DNA from: a virus
Lineage: Duplodnaviria > Caudoviricetes
Length of the DNA stretch: 29,062 nt
Virus record (IMG/VR): IMGVR_UViG_3300010964_000009
Span: 1 to 29,062 of that record
Direction: 5' to 3' (one strand)
Numbering within the stretch: the first letter of the stretch is position 1; each line of letters opens with the position of its first letter. The position numbers were made by a program, and so were the translations under genes. Positions 1 to 7,795 of the stretch are shown here, piece by piece. Below the pieces are notes generated by a model. It saw only the letters and a program-made list of their open reading frames with translations. It made no database searches and was not told where the DNA came from.

Positions 1-519
1 ATGACCAGGTACAGTACAGACGAAAAAATCCAAGCCGTTATGCGTTATAAAAAGGGATCCGAGAGCTTGAAAACCATTGCAAAATCAATCGGGATTCACC
101 ATTCTGTCTTTTCAAACTGGATTAGTCAATATGAGCATCATGGTGAAGAAGCTTTTAAAAAGGGCTATACATCATATCCTGCACAGATTAAACTAGACGT
201 ACTTAATTATATGAACGAATTCGGGACGTCTGTTAGAGAAACGGCTGCGATATTTAATATTGCGAGTCATAGTACCATTTTAAGCTGGCATAGAAGCTTA
301 GAGTTACATGGAATGGACGCCCTACAACCAAAGAAGAAGGGGCGTCCATCCATGAAAAAAGAACCTAATAAACGAAAGATTCAAACGTTAAAAGAAGGGT
401 CTGTTGAGGCATTACAAGCAGAGGTAGAGCGTTTGAGAATGGAAAATGCATATTTAAAAAAGTTGAATGCCTTAGTTCAAAACAAGGAAAAATCACCAAA
501 CAAGACAAAGCACGAGTAG
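1..519 (+). CDS. IS3-family transposase OrfA (tandem HTH plus coiled coil)
   Basis: RYSTDEKIQAV and YPAQIKLDVL HTH repeats; C-terminal LQAEVERLRMENAYLKKL typical of the IS150 group. Confidence 0.93.
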   Translation: MTRYSTDEKIQAVMRYKKGSESLKTIAKSIGIHHSVFSNWISQYEHHGEEAFKKGYTSYPAQIKLDVLNYMNEFGTSVRETAAIFNIASHSTILSWHRSLELHGMDALQPKKKGRPSMKKEPNKRKIQTLKEGSVEALQAEVERLRMENAYLKKLNALVQNKEKSPNKTKHE

Positions 520-1358
520 TCAATGAACTAAGGAACGAATTTTCGGTGAAAGCACTGCTACAGCTAGCAGATATCCCTCGTAGTACGTATTATTTCGTGG
601 TAAAAACGTTTGGTATGCCCGATAGAGATAAGAAGCTAAAAGACGTTATTCAAGCGATTTACGAGGAGCATGAGGGCCGTTATGGTTATCGTCGTATTCG
701 TGACGAGTTAGTGAATCGAGGACACCATGTGAATCATAAAAAGGTACAACGCTTGATGCAGGTATTGGGTTTAAAGTGTGTGGTACGTATGAAGAAATAT
801 CGTTCCTATAAAGGGACGATTGGCAAACTCGCACCGAACATATTAGAACGTAACTTCCACGCTGAGAATCCAAATGAGAAGTGGGTTACGGATATTACAG
901 AGTTTAAATTATTTGGAGAAAAGCTGTACTTATCTCCAATCCTAGATCTATATAATGGTGAGATTATTACGTATACAATCGGTTCAAGACCGGTCTACTC
1001 GCTTGTTTCAACGATGTTAGATCAAGCATTCCGTCGATTAACCGATGAAGATAACCTCCTTATTCATTCTGACCAAGGCTGGCACTATCAGATGAAGCAG
1101 TATCGTCATGCCCTTGAAGAACGCGATATCAAGCAAAGTATGTCCCGTAAAGGTAATTGCTACGACAACGCCGTCATTGAGAACTTCTTTGGTATCATGA
1201 AATCTGAATTTCTATATTTAAAGGAATTCGAAAGTATCACACATTTCAAACAAGAACTATCAAAATACATCGATTATTACAACAACAAGCGAATTAAGGC
1301 AAAACTAAAAGGCCTGAGTCCGGTACAGTACCGAACTCAGGCCCAACAAGTCGCTTAA
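456..1358 (+). CDS. IS3-family transposase OrfB (DDE integrase core), made as OrfAB by -1 frameshift
   Basis: Motifs YGYRRI, WVTDITE, HSDQGWHY, SRKGNCYDNAVIENFFG; frame is open from the slippery site at 456 (ORF track start 546). Confidence 0.93.
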   Translation, partial: KKVECLSSKQGKITKQDKARVVNELRNEFSVKALLQLADIPRSTYYFVVKTFGMPDRDKKLKDVIQAIYEEHEGRYGYRRIRDELVNRGHHVNHKKVQRLMQVLGLKCVVRMKKYRSYKGTIGKLAPNILERNFHAENPNEKWVTDITEFKLFGEKLYLSPILDLYNGEIITYTIGSRPVYSLVSTMLDQAFRRLTDEDNLLIHSDQGWHYQMKQYRHALEERDIKQSMSRKGNCYDNAVIENFFGIMKSEFLYLKEFESITHFKQELSKYIDYYNNKRIKAKLKGLSPVQYRTQAQQVA

Positions 1359-1367
1359 TTATATACC

Positions 1368-1392
1368 TGTCTAACTTTAAGGGGTCACTTCA
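1368..1392. repeat. Right terminal inverted repeat of the IS
   Basis: Reverse complement TGAAGTGACCCCTTAAAGTTAGACA has the 5'-TG IS3/IS150-type end; lies just after the OrfB stop. Confidence 0.85.
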
Positions 1393-1422
1393 TCATTGGG
1401 CGGTTTTTCTTTTGCTCAAATT

Positions 1423-1448
1423 AAAAGGAGGACGCGCTAACGTCCTCC
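1423..1448 (-). terminator. Intrinsic terminator, minus strand
   Basis: Perfect 8-bp stem GGAGGACG/CGTCCTCC (1427-1434/1441-1448) followed by TTTT on the minus strand. Confidence 0.6.
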
Positions 1449-1460
1449 CGATCACCCAGG

Positions 1461-1552
1461 GTATCCCCCGGCTGAGACAGCGGCGCGCCACGCGTGGCAT
1501 TCACAGTCATCCGCTGTCTCGCATTCCATCATAACGGAAAGTCGAGGGGTAC
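1461..1552 (+). ncRNA. Putative structured leader RNA (three-way junction) covering the RBS of ORF 1557
   Basis: P1 1461-1473/1540-1552 (12 of 13 pairs including G-U), P2 1474-1483/1511-1520 (10 of 10), inner GCCA-cgcg-TGGC hairpin, P3 TTCC/GGAA; folded by eye. Confidence 0.45.
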
Positions 1553-1556
1553 GTAA

Positions 1557-1766
1557 ATGGGAACACAAGATGAAATTTTATTGCAGCATGAGCTTGAAGT
1601 TATGGCTGGTATCCTGGAGAGTAAGGCGCAATACCGTAAGATCGTTAAGGCTGGTATTGCTAAGTGGGTCAAGGACTTCCAGGACGGCCGAATTGAGATT
1701 AAGACGGTGGACGACCTAAAGAAGCTGATTGAAATAGATATTGAGCTGCAGAAGGATGAATTTTAG
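1557..1766 (+). CDS. Small hypothetical phage protein upstream of terminase
   Basis: 69-aa ORF with RBS GAGGGG at 1544-1549, phage-like base composition. Confidence 0.75.
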   Translation: MGTQDEILLQHELEVMAGILESKAQYRKIVKAGIAKWVKDFQDGRIEIKTVDDLKKLIEIDIELQKDEF

Positions 1767-2356
1767 TCTGATTTTAATTTGTCAGTTTTTTTATTATCGT
1801 TAGCCTCATTAGTAGAATCGACGGTTGGTACTTCTTTATGAATTTCCTCCGCAATTAACAAGTGCTTATTTATAAGTATATTTGATCTTGCTGTAGCGAA
1901 ATTATTTATGAAAGAATACAAATTGACGAAAATTATCAACATTAAGAGTAATGAGACTAAATTAAAAGCTAGGTCTCCAAAACTAAATAAAGTTTCTAAA
2001 TCTTCTTTGAATAAGGCAATGCTTATTGTCACTATTACTGCTGTTAAGGGAATAATTGATGAGATCATTTTAAAAAGATCCTCAAATCCTTGATCCTTAC
2101 CTTTTGATTCTTTCAAAAACTTTAACTCTAGAATAATTCGCTTCATATTAATATCTGGGTCGCTGTTTATGTGAGTATATGCTTTAATAAGTTTTGTTAC
2201 CTCATCATAACAGTTTAGACTTTGAGTGCAGATTGCCCTTTCTATTAGATTCTCAACTTGTTTTCTTAGCTTGACATATTTACTTCTTTCCACCCAAATC
2301 AATAAAATAGTTAAAAATAATAAAAATGCAGTAGCGATCAGGTTTAATATAGACAT
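1763..2356 (-). CDS. AT-rich moron membrane protein (about 3 TM segments), function unknown
   Basis: GGAGG RBS 9 nt before ATG 2356 (MSILNLIATAFLL); hydrophobic segments; opposite strand to the phage operon. Confidence 0.8.
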   Translation of the reverse strand: MSILNLIATAFLLFLTILLIWVERSKYVKLRKQVENLIERAICTQSLNCYDEVTKLIKAYTHINSDPDINMKRIILELKFLKESKGKDQGFEDLFKMISSIIPLTAVIVTISIALFKEDLETLFSFGDLAFNLVSLLLMLIIFVNLYSFINNFATARSNILINKHLLIAEEIHKEVPTVDSTNEANDNKKTDKLKSD

Positions 2357-2378
2357 CAGTATCATCCTCCTTTTTCTT

Positions 2379-2406
2379 ATATCGGAAAATATTGAGAGAG
2401 GTTTTA
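2379..2406 (-). promoter_or_regulatory. SigD (sigma28)-like promoter for the minus-strand moron
   Basis: Minus strand reads TAAA-N16-TCCGATAT; consensus is TAAA-N15/16-GCCGATAT. Confidence 0.35.
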
Positions 2407-2430
2407 ACTTAGGAGGTGGTGAAATGTAGC

Positions 2431-3330
2431 ATGACCAGAGAACGCAGTCCCGAGCGGGACAAGGCAAAGCAGATGTGGCTGGAGAGCGGCGGGACGATGA
2501 AGCTTAAGGACATCGCAGCTGCTCTTTTTGTTGGCGAAAATAAGGTGCGAAAATGGAAGTCAATTGATCATTGGGAAAAGGAAGTCAAAGGGAACGTTCC
2601 ACTTGTATCCAAAGGGAGCGTTCCAATTGAAATGAAAGGGAGCGTTCCACTTCGCGGCGCTCCCAAAGGGAACAAAAACGCAGTCGGCAATCGAGGTGGT
2701 GCTCCTCCGGGCAATCAAAATGCGAAGGGAAACAGCGGTGGTGCCGGTGGGCCGCCTGGCAACAAGAAGGCAGTCACCACAGGCGAGTATGAAACCATTT
2801 GGTTGGATGCGTTAACCGAAACAGAGCAGCAGCTCATCGATCAGGTGGACACTGACCCGATCATCCAGGCGAATGAATCCCTTTATCTTCTAACGATCCG
2901 TGAGCGCCGCATGATGCACCGGATCAAATCCCTGATGGATGGGTTATCCGAGACCGAGCGCAGTGTGCTCTACGAGATGAAGGCCATCAAGGAAGTCGCG
3001 GAGATCCATGATGAGAAGACCGGAATTACGAAGAAGATCCCACACAGTAGAAATGAAATGATGGAGTCGAAGATCGAAGAGAAGGGTTTCCGAAAGCTGG
3101 ACGATATTGTGAAGCTGGAGGAAGCATTAACCCGCATCCAGGATAAGAAGATCCGCGCCATTGAGCTCAAGAATCGATTGACTGACGACGAAAAGCGTAT
3201 CCGTATCGAGACCATGGAGTATGAGTTACAGATGCTTCGTGGCGGGGGTAAGGAAGACTTCGAAGACGATGGTTTCTTGGATGCGCTGAAGGGTAGGGCG
3301 GCGGAGGTGTGGAACGATGGTGAAGCTTAA
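2431..3330 (+). CDS. terS: Phage terminase small subunit
   Basis: N-terminal RERSPERDKAKQMW...LKDIA...VRKWKSIDHW HTH and GAPKGNKNA repeats; directly upstream of terL. Confidence 0.88.
   Translation: MTRERSPERDKAKQMWLESGGTMKLKDIAAALFVGENKVRKWKSIDHWEKEVKGNVPLVSKGSVPIEMKGSVPLRGAPKGNKNAVGNRGGAPPGNQNAKGNSGGAGGPPGNKKAVTTGEYETIWLDALTETEQQLIDQVDTDPIIQANESLYLLTIRERRMMHRIKSLMDGLSETERSVLYEMKAIKEVAEIHDEKTGITKKIPHSRNEMMESKIEEKGFRKLDDIVKLEEALTRIQDKKIRAIELKNRLTDDEKRIRIETMEYELQMLRGGGKEDFEDDGFLDALKGRAAEVWNDGEA
2587..2652 (+). repeat. Three 18-bp direct repeats at a 24-bp period within terS
   Basis: AAAGGGAACGTTCCACTT (2587), AAAGGGAGCGTTCCAATT (2611), AAAGGGAGCGTTCCACTT (2635). Confidence 0.85.
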
Positions 3331-4633
3331 ACTCAAGCCGCCGGCATTCAAATGGGCTCCATTCTCCAACAAGCAGCTTAAAGTTCTTACTTGGTGGATG
3401 CCAGAGAGCCCGCACCACGATAAAGATGCAATCATCTGTGATGGTTCCGTCCGGGCCGGCAAGACGGTCTGTATGTCATTCTCCTATATAGCCTGGGCAA
3501 TGGACACCTTCCGAGGAGAACAGTTCGGCATGTCAGGGAAGACCATTGGTGCGCTACGACGTAACGTGGTCGGTCCGCTGAAACGTATGCTATCCAGCCG
3601 TGGGTATCATGTTCATGACAATCGATCTGAAAATGTTTTGACTGTGACCCGGGGCTTAATAAGCAATCGGTTCTTTTTATTTGGTGGACGAGATGAAAGC
3701 TCACAGGATCTAATCGCCGGGATCACGTTGGCAGGGATGTTCTTCGATGAAGTGGCGCTCATGCCGAAGTCCTTCGTTGACCAAGCGACTGCTCGTTGTT
3801 CTGTGGATGGTGCCAAGCTCTGGTTTAACTGCAACCCTGCGGGACCATATCATTGGTTTAAAAAGGAATGGCTGGACCAGCTGCAGAAGAAACACGCACT
3901 GCACCTACACTTCACAATGGAGGACAACCTTTCTCTTTCAGAGCGTGTACGGGAGCGGTACCGTCGCATGTACAGCGGGATATTTTATCAGCGGTACATC
4001 CTGGGGCTTTGGGTTATGGCGGAGGGAGTGATTTTCTCTAAGTTTAATGATGCGGTCCATAAGAAACCCCGAGACTGGTTCCCGGCCAAGTTTGATCGCA
4101 AGTTCATTTGTATTGACTACGGGGCCAACAACCCGACGGCATTCTTGAAATACGGGGTCCGAGGGAACGTCTATTATGAAATCGATGAGTATTATCACAA
4201 TATCCGCCATAAGGGTGAGAAAACGAATGGTGAATATGCGGATGACCTTGAGGCCTTCCTTGATGGTGATGAGTATTCAATCTTCATCGACCCATCAGCA
4301 AAGGCTTTTATTATTGAGTTGAAGAAGCGTGGGATCAACAATATCCGAGCTGCGGTGAATACCGTACTGGACGGTATTCAGACAGTGTCCAACCGGTTCC
4401 AGAACAATGAACTTTATATCTGTGCAGATAACACCAATTCGCTTCAGGAGTTGGTGTCTTACGTATGGGATGAAAAAGCCGCTGAACGGGGCGAAGACAA
4501 GCCCATTAAGCAAAACGACCATACCTGTGACGCACGCCGATACGGTATCCATACGGATTATCTGTTGCAGCGTGTAAAGCAGCGTAAAAAAGAGAGAGAG
4601 GAGCGATCTGATCATGATGTGGGGTGGGTGTAA
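3317..4633 (+). CDS. terL: Terminase large subunit, PBSX family
   Basis: Walker A DGSVRAGKT, Walker B FFDEVA, NCNP motif, nuclease IDYG and DHTCDARRY. Confidence 0.95.
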   Translation: MVKLKLKPPAFKWAPFSNKQLKVLTWWMPESPHHDKDAIICDGSVRAGKTVCMSFSYIAWAMDTFRGEQFGMSGKTIGALRRNVVGPLKRMLSSRGYHVHDNRSENVLTVTRGLISNRFFLFGGRDESSQDLIAGITLAGMFFDEVALMPKSFVDQATARCSVDGAKLWFNCNPAGPYHWFKKEWLDQLQKKHALHLHFTMEDNLSLSERVRERYRRMYSGIFYQRYILGLWVMAEGVIFSKFNDAVHKKPRDWFPAKFDRKFICIDYGANNPTAFLKYGVRGNVYYEIDEYYHNIRHKGEKTNGEYADDLEAFLDGDEYSIFIDPSAKAFIIELKKRGINNIRAAVNTVLDGIQTVSNRFQNNELYICADNTNSLQELVSYVWDEKAAERGEDKPIKQNDHTCDARRYGIHTDYLLQRVKQRKKEREERSDHDVGWV

Positions 4634-4636
4634 TGA

Positions 4637-6115
4637 ATGAGTGGTGAAGCACAGTGGTTTCAGATTTCAAAAGCAGAGGACAGGCATATTCCTTCCAGTG
4701 CGCAGCTGCCGGATAGCTTCGAAAACCTATACGATCAGCACGGTCTGCTACCGTTTCCGCCAGGAAATGACCCTGCTTCCTGCAAGCTACTGGTCAAGAA
4801 CAGCAACATTATTCCACAGTGCATCGAGGCATACAAACGGAACATTGCTGGATATGGTATTGCTTTGGAGTACCTCCCCGGTGAGAGTGATCAGACAGCG
4901 CAGGAGGAGTGGAACAAGGCTGATAAGTTCTTGGAGACCTGTAACCTGGAGGATACGCCGGATGAGATTATCGGCTCCTTGATTGAGGACATCGAGAGTA
5001 GTGGGAATGCAAATGTGGAGGTCGCCTGGCCTGCCGGCAGTGAGTTTCCGACACTCTACCGAATCAATCCGAAATTCGTTCGCTGTACCCGGGAGACGGA
5101 TAAGGTGACGATCAAGCGTAAGCGGCTGATCCGGTCATCGAAGAAGGTAGAGGAATTCTCCCAAGATATCTATGCCCGGAAATATGCTATGAAGCGAGGG
5201 CAGTCTGTAGTGTGGTTCCGACCATTTGGAACCGAGGGTCAAGGCAATCAGATTATTCCCTTAAAACTTGGTAACGATGGTCCTTACGGCGAACCACGTT
5301 GGTTCGGGAATGCACCAGGAGTGGTTGGAAGTCGTGAAGCCGAGGAACTCAATGTTTCTTATTTCAGTAACGGCCGAATGCTCTCCATGCTGCTGACAGT
5401 GACCAATGGTCGGTTAACGAAACAATCTATGGAGCTTCTGAAGAATGTTAAGGGTTCGCAATCCCAGGGCGGCATACTCTACTTGGAAGCCATCGGGGAA
5501 GAGACTGGTGGTCCGTTAGATGAGAAAGTTGAGAAGGTCTCTATTAAGCTAGACAAACTGAACGATCTATTGCAGCAGGATGCCTTGTTTCTAGAGTACG
5601 GAAAGGACAAGAAAGCCGATATCCTCTCCGCGTTTCGGCTGCCACCGATACTTGTCGGCCAAAGCTCCGATTACAACCGAGCGACGGCGCAAGCGGCTTT
5701 GCGGTTTGCAGAGGAACAGGTCTTTGAACCGTACCGCAAGTGGATCATGGACGAGATCTTTAATAAACGCTTATTCCCTGCCATGGGCATCTTCCGCGTA
5801 CGGGCGACTTTACGTGGACCGCGTATTATTGATCCGGAAGACCGCAAGGCGCTGCTGGACTTTATCGCAGACCGCGGTATTATGTTGATCAGAGATTTAA
5901 TCCCGATCGCTGAAGAGGTACTTGATACAACGGTCGATGAGTCAAAATACACTGATGAATATTTAGATACACCGATTGCTCAACTGATTAATAGTCAGCC
6001 TGTATTAACCGTGCCTGAACACGACTCTGATGTGAACGATCTGCAGGAGCAGGTATCCATCATTGCCAAGCGTCTACTGCGGCAGAGCCACGATGAGGTA
6101 GTCAGTCATGTGTAA
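4637..6115 (+). CDS. Phage portal protein (XkdE-like)
   Basis: 492 aa after terL; YGEPRW, YFSNG, ILSAFRLPPILVG...YNRATA portal motifs. Confidence 0.9.
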   Translation: MSGEAQWFQISKAEDRHIPSSAQLPDSFENLYDQHGLLPFPPGNDPASCKLLVKNSNIIPQCIEAYKRNIAGYGIALEYLPGESDQTAQEEWNKADKFLETCNLEDTPDEIIGSLIEDIESSGNANVEVAWPAGSEFPTLYRINPKFVRCTRETDKVTIKRKRLIRSSKKVEEFSQDIYARKYAMKRGQSVVWFRPFGTEGQGNQIIPLKLGNDGPYGEPRWFGNAPGVVGSREAEELNVSYFSNGRMLSMLLTVTNGRLTKQSMELLKNVKGSQSQGGILYLEAIGEETGGPLDEKVEKVSIKLDKLNDLLQQDALFLEYGKDKKADILSAFRLPPILVGQSSDYNRATAQAALRFAEEQVFEPYRKWIMDEIFNKRLFPAMGIFRVRATLRGPRIIDPEDRKALLDFIADRGIMLIRDLIPIAEEVLDTTVDESKYTDEYLDTPIAQLINSQPVLTVPEHDSDVNDLQEQVSIIAKRLLRQSHDEVVSHV

Positions 6116-6938
6116 AGAATGCTGGGAGCTCATCGCCAAAGCGGACGATACTGAGTTTTTGGATAGTTTGGAGCTGACTCATGCGGAGTGGACAGTGCTG
6201 GAAGATTTGTACAAGCAGGGTGAAACCCGAATAGTTGAAATCCTTGAGCTGCAGGGGAAGGCGCTGCATGATGCAATCCTGGAACTCAGTGAGGAACTAC
6301 TGATTGATATCGGTGAACTTGGGAAGGTGCTACTGTCGGTTCAGAGCGGGGATCTCTTTACGGTACAGTTCGAGCAAGCAGTGTATGATGCTTTCACTCC
6401 GCTGTACCATCTAGCTGGCGAATCGGAACTAACGTCGCTGAACACCGACAAGATCTGGTCTAACAAGAATAAGGCGGCATCCCGGTTCGCAAAGAATCTG
6501 CAGAAGCTTGTTCCTGTTATGAACGGGACCAGCAAGGATGTTATGACCCGGGCATTTCAAAAAGCCATAAAAGAGGGGAAGACACCTTCTGAACGTGCGC
6601 TATTGGTTAGGAGTGTCAGCGAAGTGGCTGCCAAAGGAGAAGCTGGTCCTTTTATGATGGAGAGGGCCATTACCGTTTCTCGTACAATGAGCACTGCAGC
6701 GGCCAACGGCGGTAAGATGGAGGGTTGGAAGCAATCTGAGGTGGTCACTGGTAAGAAGTGGAGGTCTTCCAAGGGCGATCGGACCCGTAAGACACACCGT
6801 AAAGCCAATGGCCAGGTGCAGCCGCTAAACAAGCCTTTTGAAGTCGGTAAGAGTAAGTTGATGTTTCCGGGAGATCCTTCTGGACGTGCTGAGGAGATTA
6901 TCCGCTGCCGGTGTACGATGCAATCTGTAATGGAATGA
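6108..6938 (+). CDS. Minor head morphogenesis protein (SPP1 gp7/Mu F-like)
   Basis: KKWRS..DRTRKTH..ANGQ..PFEVG..LMFPGDP..EIIRCRC signature; follows portal. Confidence 0.9.
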   Translation: MCKECWELIAKADDTEFLDSLELTHAEWTVLEDLYKQGETRIVEILELQGKALHDAILELSEELLIDIGELGKVLLSVQSGDLFTVQFEQAVYDAFTPLYHLAGESELTSLNTDKIWSNKNKAASRFAKNLQKLVPVMNGTSKDVMTRAFQKAIKEGKTPSERALLVRSVSEVAAKGEAGPFMMERAITVSRTMSTAAANGGKMEGWKQSEVVTGKKWRSSKGDRTRKTHRKANGQVQPLNKPFEVGKSKLMFPGDPSGRAEEIIRCRCTMQSVME

Positions 6939-7060
6939 AAAAGGTAATTTCCCAACTAATCTTCTTCTTTTAGTTAATATGAATTAAAAAAAATGGAGGG
7001 GATTATTTTGAATGAGGAATAGAAGACTGAGTAAATAGAGTAATAAGCTGATGATGATCA

Positions 7061-7082
7061 TTAAGCGAACGGGCAGGATAAC
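7061..7082 (+). repeat. Cassette-boundary dyad, B type (opens array 1)
   Basis: TTAAGCGAAC-GGGCAG-GATAAC; 20 of 21 nt identical to 13104-13124. Confidence 0.8.
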
Positions 7083-7128
7083 GCAATACTTATATGGAAT
7101 ACATTTGAAACATCAAATACTATGAGGA

Positions 7129-7629
7129 GTGAAAAATTTGCGGTATAGAGCTTGTTCTCTTTGCATTATTAAAAGAAGAGAATCAATATTACTTGAACAA
7201 TTCCCGGAAGAAGATGGTATCATTACATTTCGCCCAGTTGGTGGCACGATTGAGTATGGGGAAGATAGCAAATCAGCTGTAATACGAGAAGTAAAAGAGG
7301 AAATTAATATTGATATTATTGAACCAAGATTGATAGGAATTATCGAGCACATCTTCCCTTGGTACGGAGAAATTGGGCATGAATATGATTTTATTTATGA
7401 AGCGAGCTTTAGTCGAATGGATGACTACAACAAGAATGAATTTGAAGGGATTGAGGGGGACAAAAAGTTTATAGCTGTTTGGAAGAGCTTAGATGATTTT
7501 GAAGAAAACCTTCAGTATAAACTTGTTCCTGACGGTCTTTATGAGATGCTTACAAGTGGGCAAATTTCTGATATTAAACATATTAACACAAAAGATTTAT
7601 TGGCTTTTAAAGGGTCTTCATTAACCTAA
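7129..7629 (+). CDS. NUDIX hydrolase (cassette gene)
   Basis: Nudix box GGTIEYGEDSKSAVIREVKEEINI; RBS spacing favours TTG 7138 as the start; stop TAA lies inside the boundary motif. Confidence 0.9.
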   Translation: MKNLRYRACSLCIIKRRESILLEQFPEEDGIITFRPVGGTIEYGEDSKSAVIREVKEEINIDIIEPRLIGIIEHIFPWYGEIGHEYDFIYEASFSRMDDYNKNEFEGIEGDKKFIAVWKSLDDFEENLQYKLVPDGLYEMLTSGQISDIKHINTKDLLAFKGSSLT

Positions 7630-7700
7630 CGGGAAACTATAGTCAATAATGAGATGGCTACCGAGAGGTAGCCCTTTGGTCAAATAACGGGCAGTTTAGC
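7621..7700 (+). repeat. Complete composite junction (A dyad + hairpin + B dyad), attC-like
   Basis: TTAACCTAAC-GGGAAAC-TATAGTC; hairpin GGCTACC-gaga-GGTAGCC 7656-7673; GTCAAATAAC-GGGCAG-TTTAGC. Confidence 0.75.
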
Positions 7701-7795
7701 AGGATACTCCATTAATCTCAAGGTAGCTTATAAAATTGTATTTTGTTACGATAGGTGTAACCAAATTTTGGATGATTTAATGAGGGGGCTATTCT

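Larger units (their letters stand above)
1..1392 (+). mobile_element. IS3-family (IS150-type) insertion sequence; left end outside the window
   Basis: OrfA (HTH) and OrfB (DDE) in the -1 frame, slippery A_AAA_AAG at 456-462, right terminal repeat ending in CA at 1392. Confidence 0.95.

Noticed and set aside
1461-1552. Hammerhead ribozyme (CTGAGA...GAAA in a three-way junction)
   Set aside because: The core needs CUGANGA and a specific stem order; here GAGA is paired in P2 and the topology does not fit.
2357-2467. N-terminal extension of the minus-strand moron to 2467
   Set aside because: It overlaps the terS start; the GGAGG RBS supports ATG 2356.
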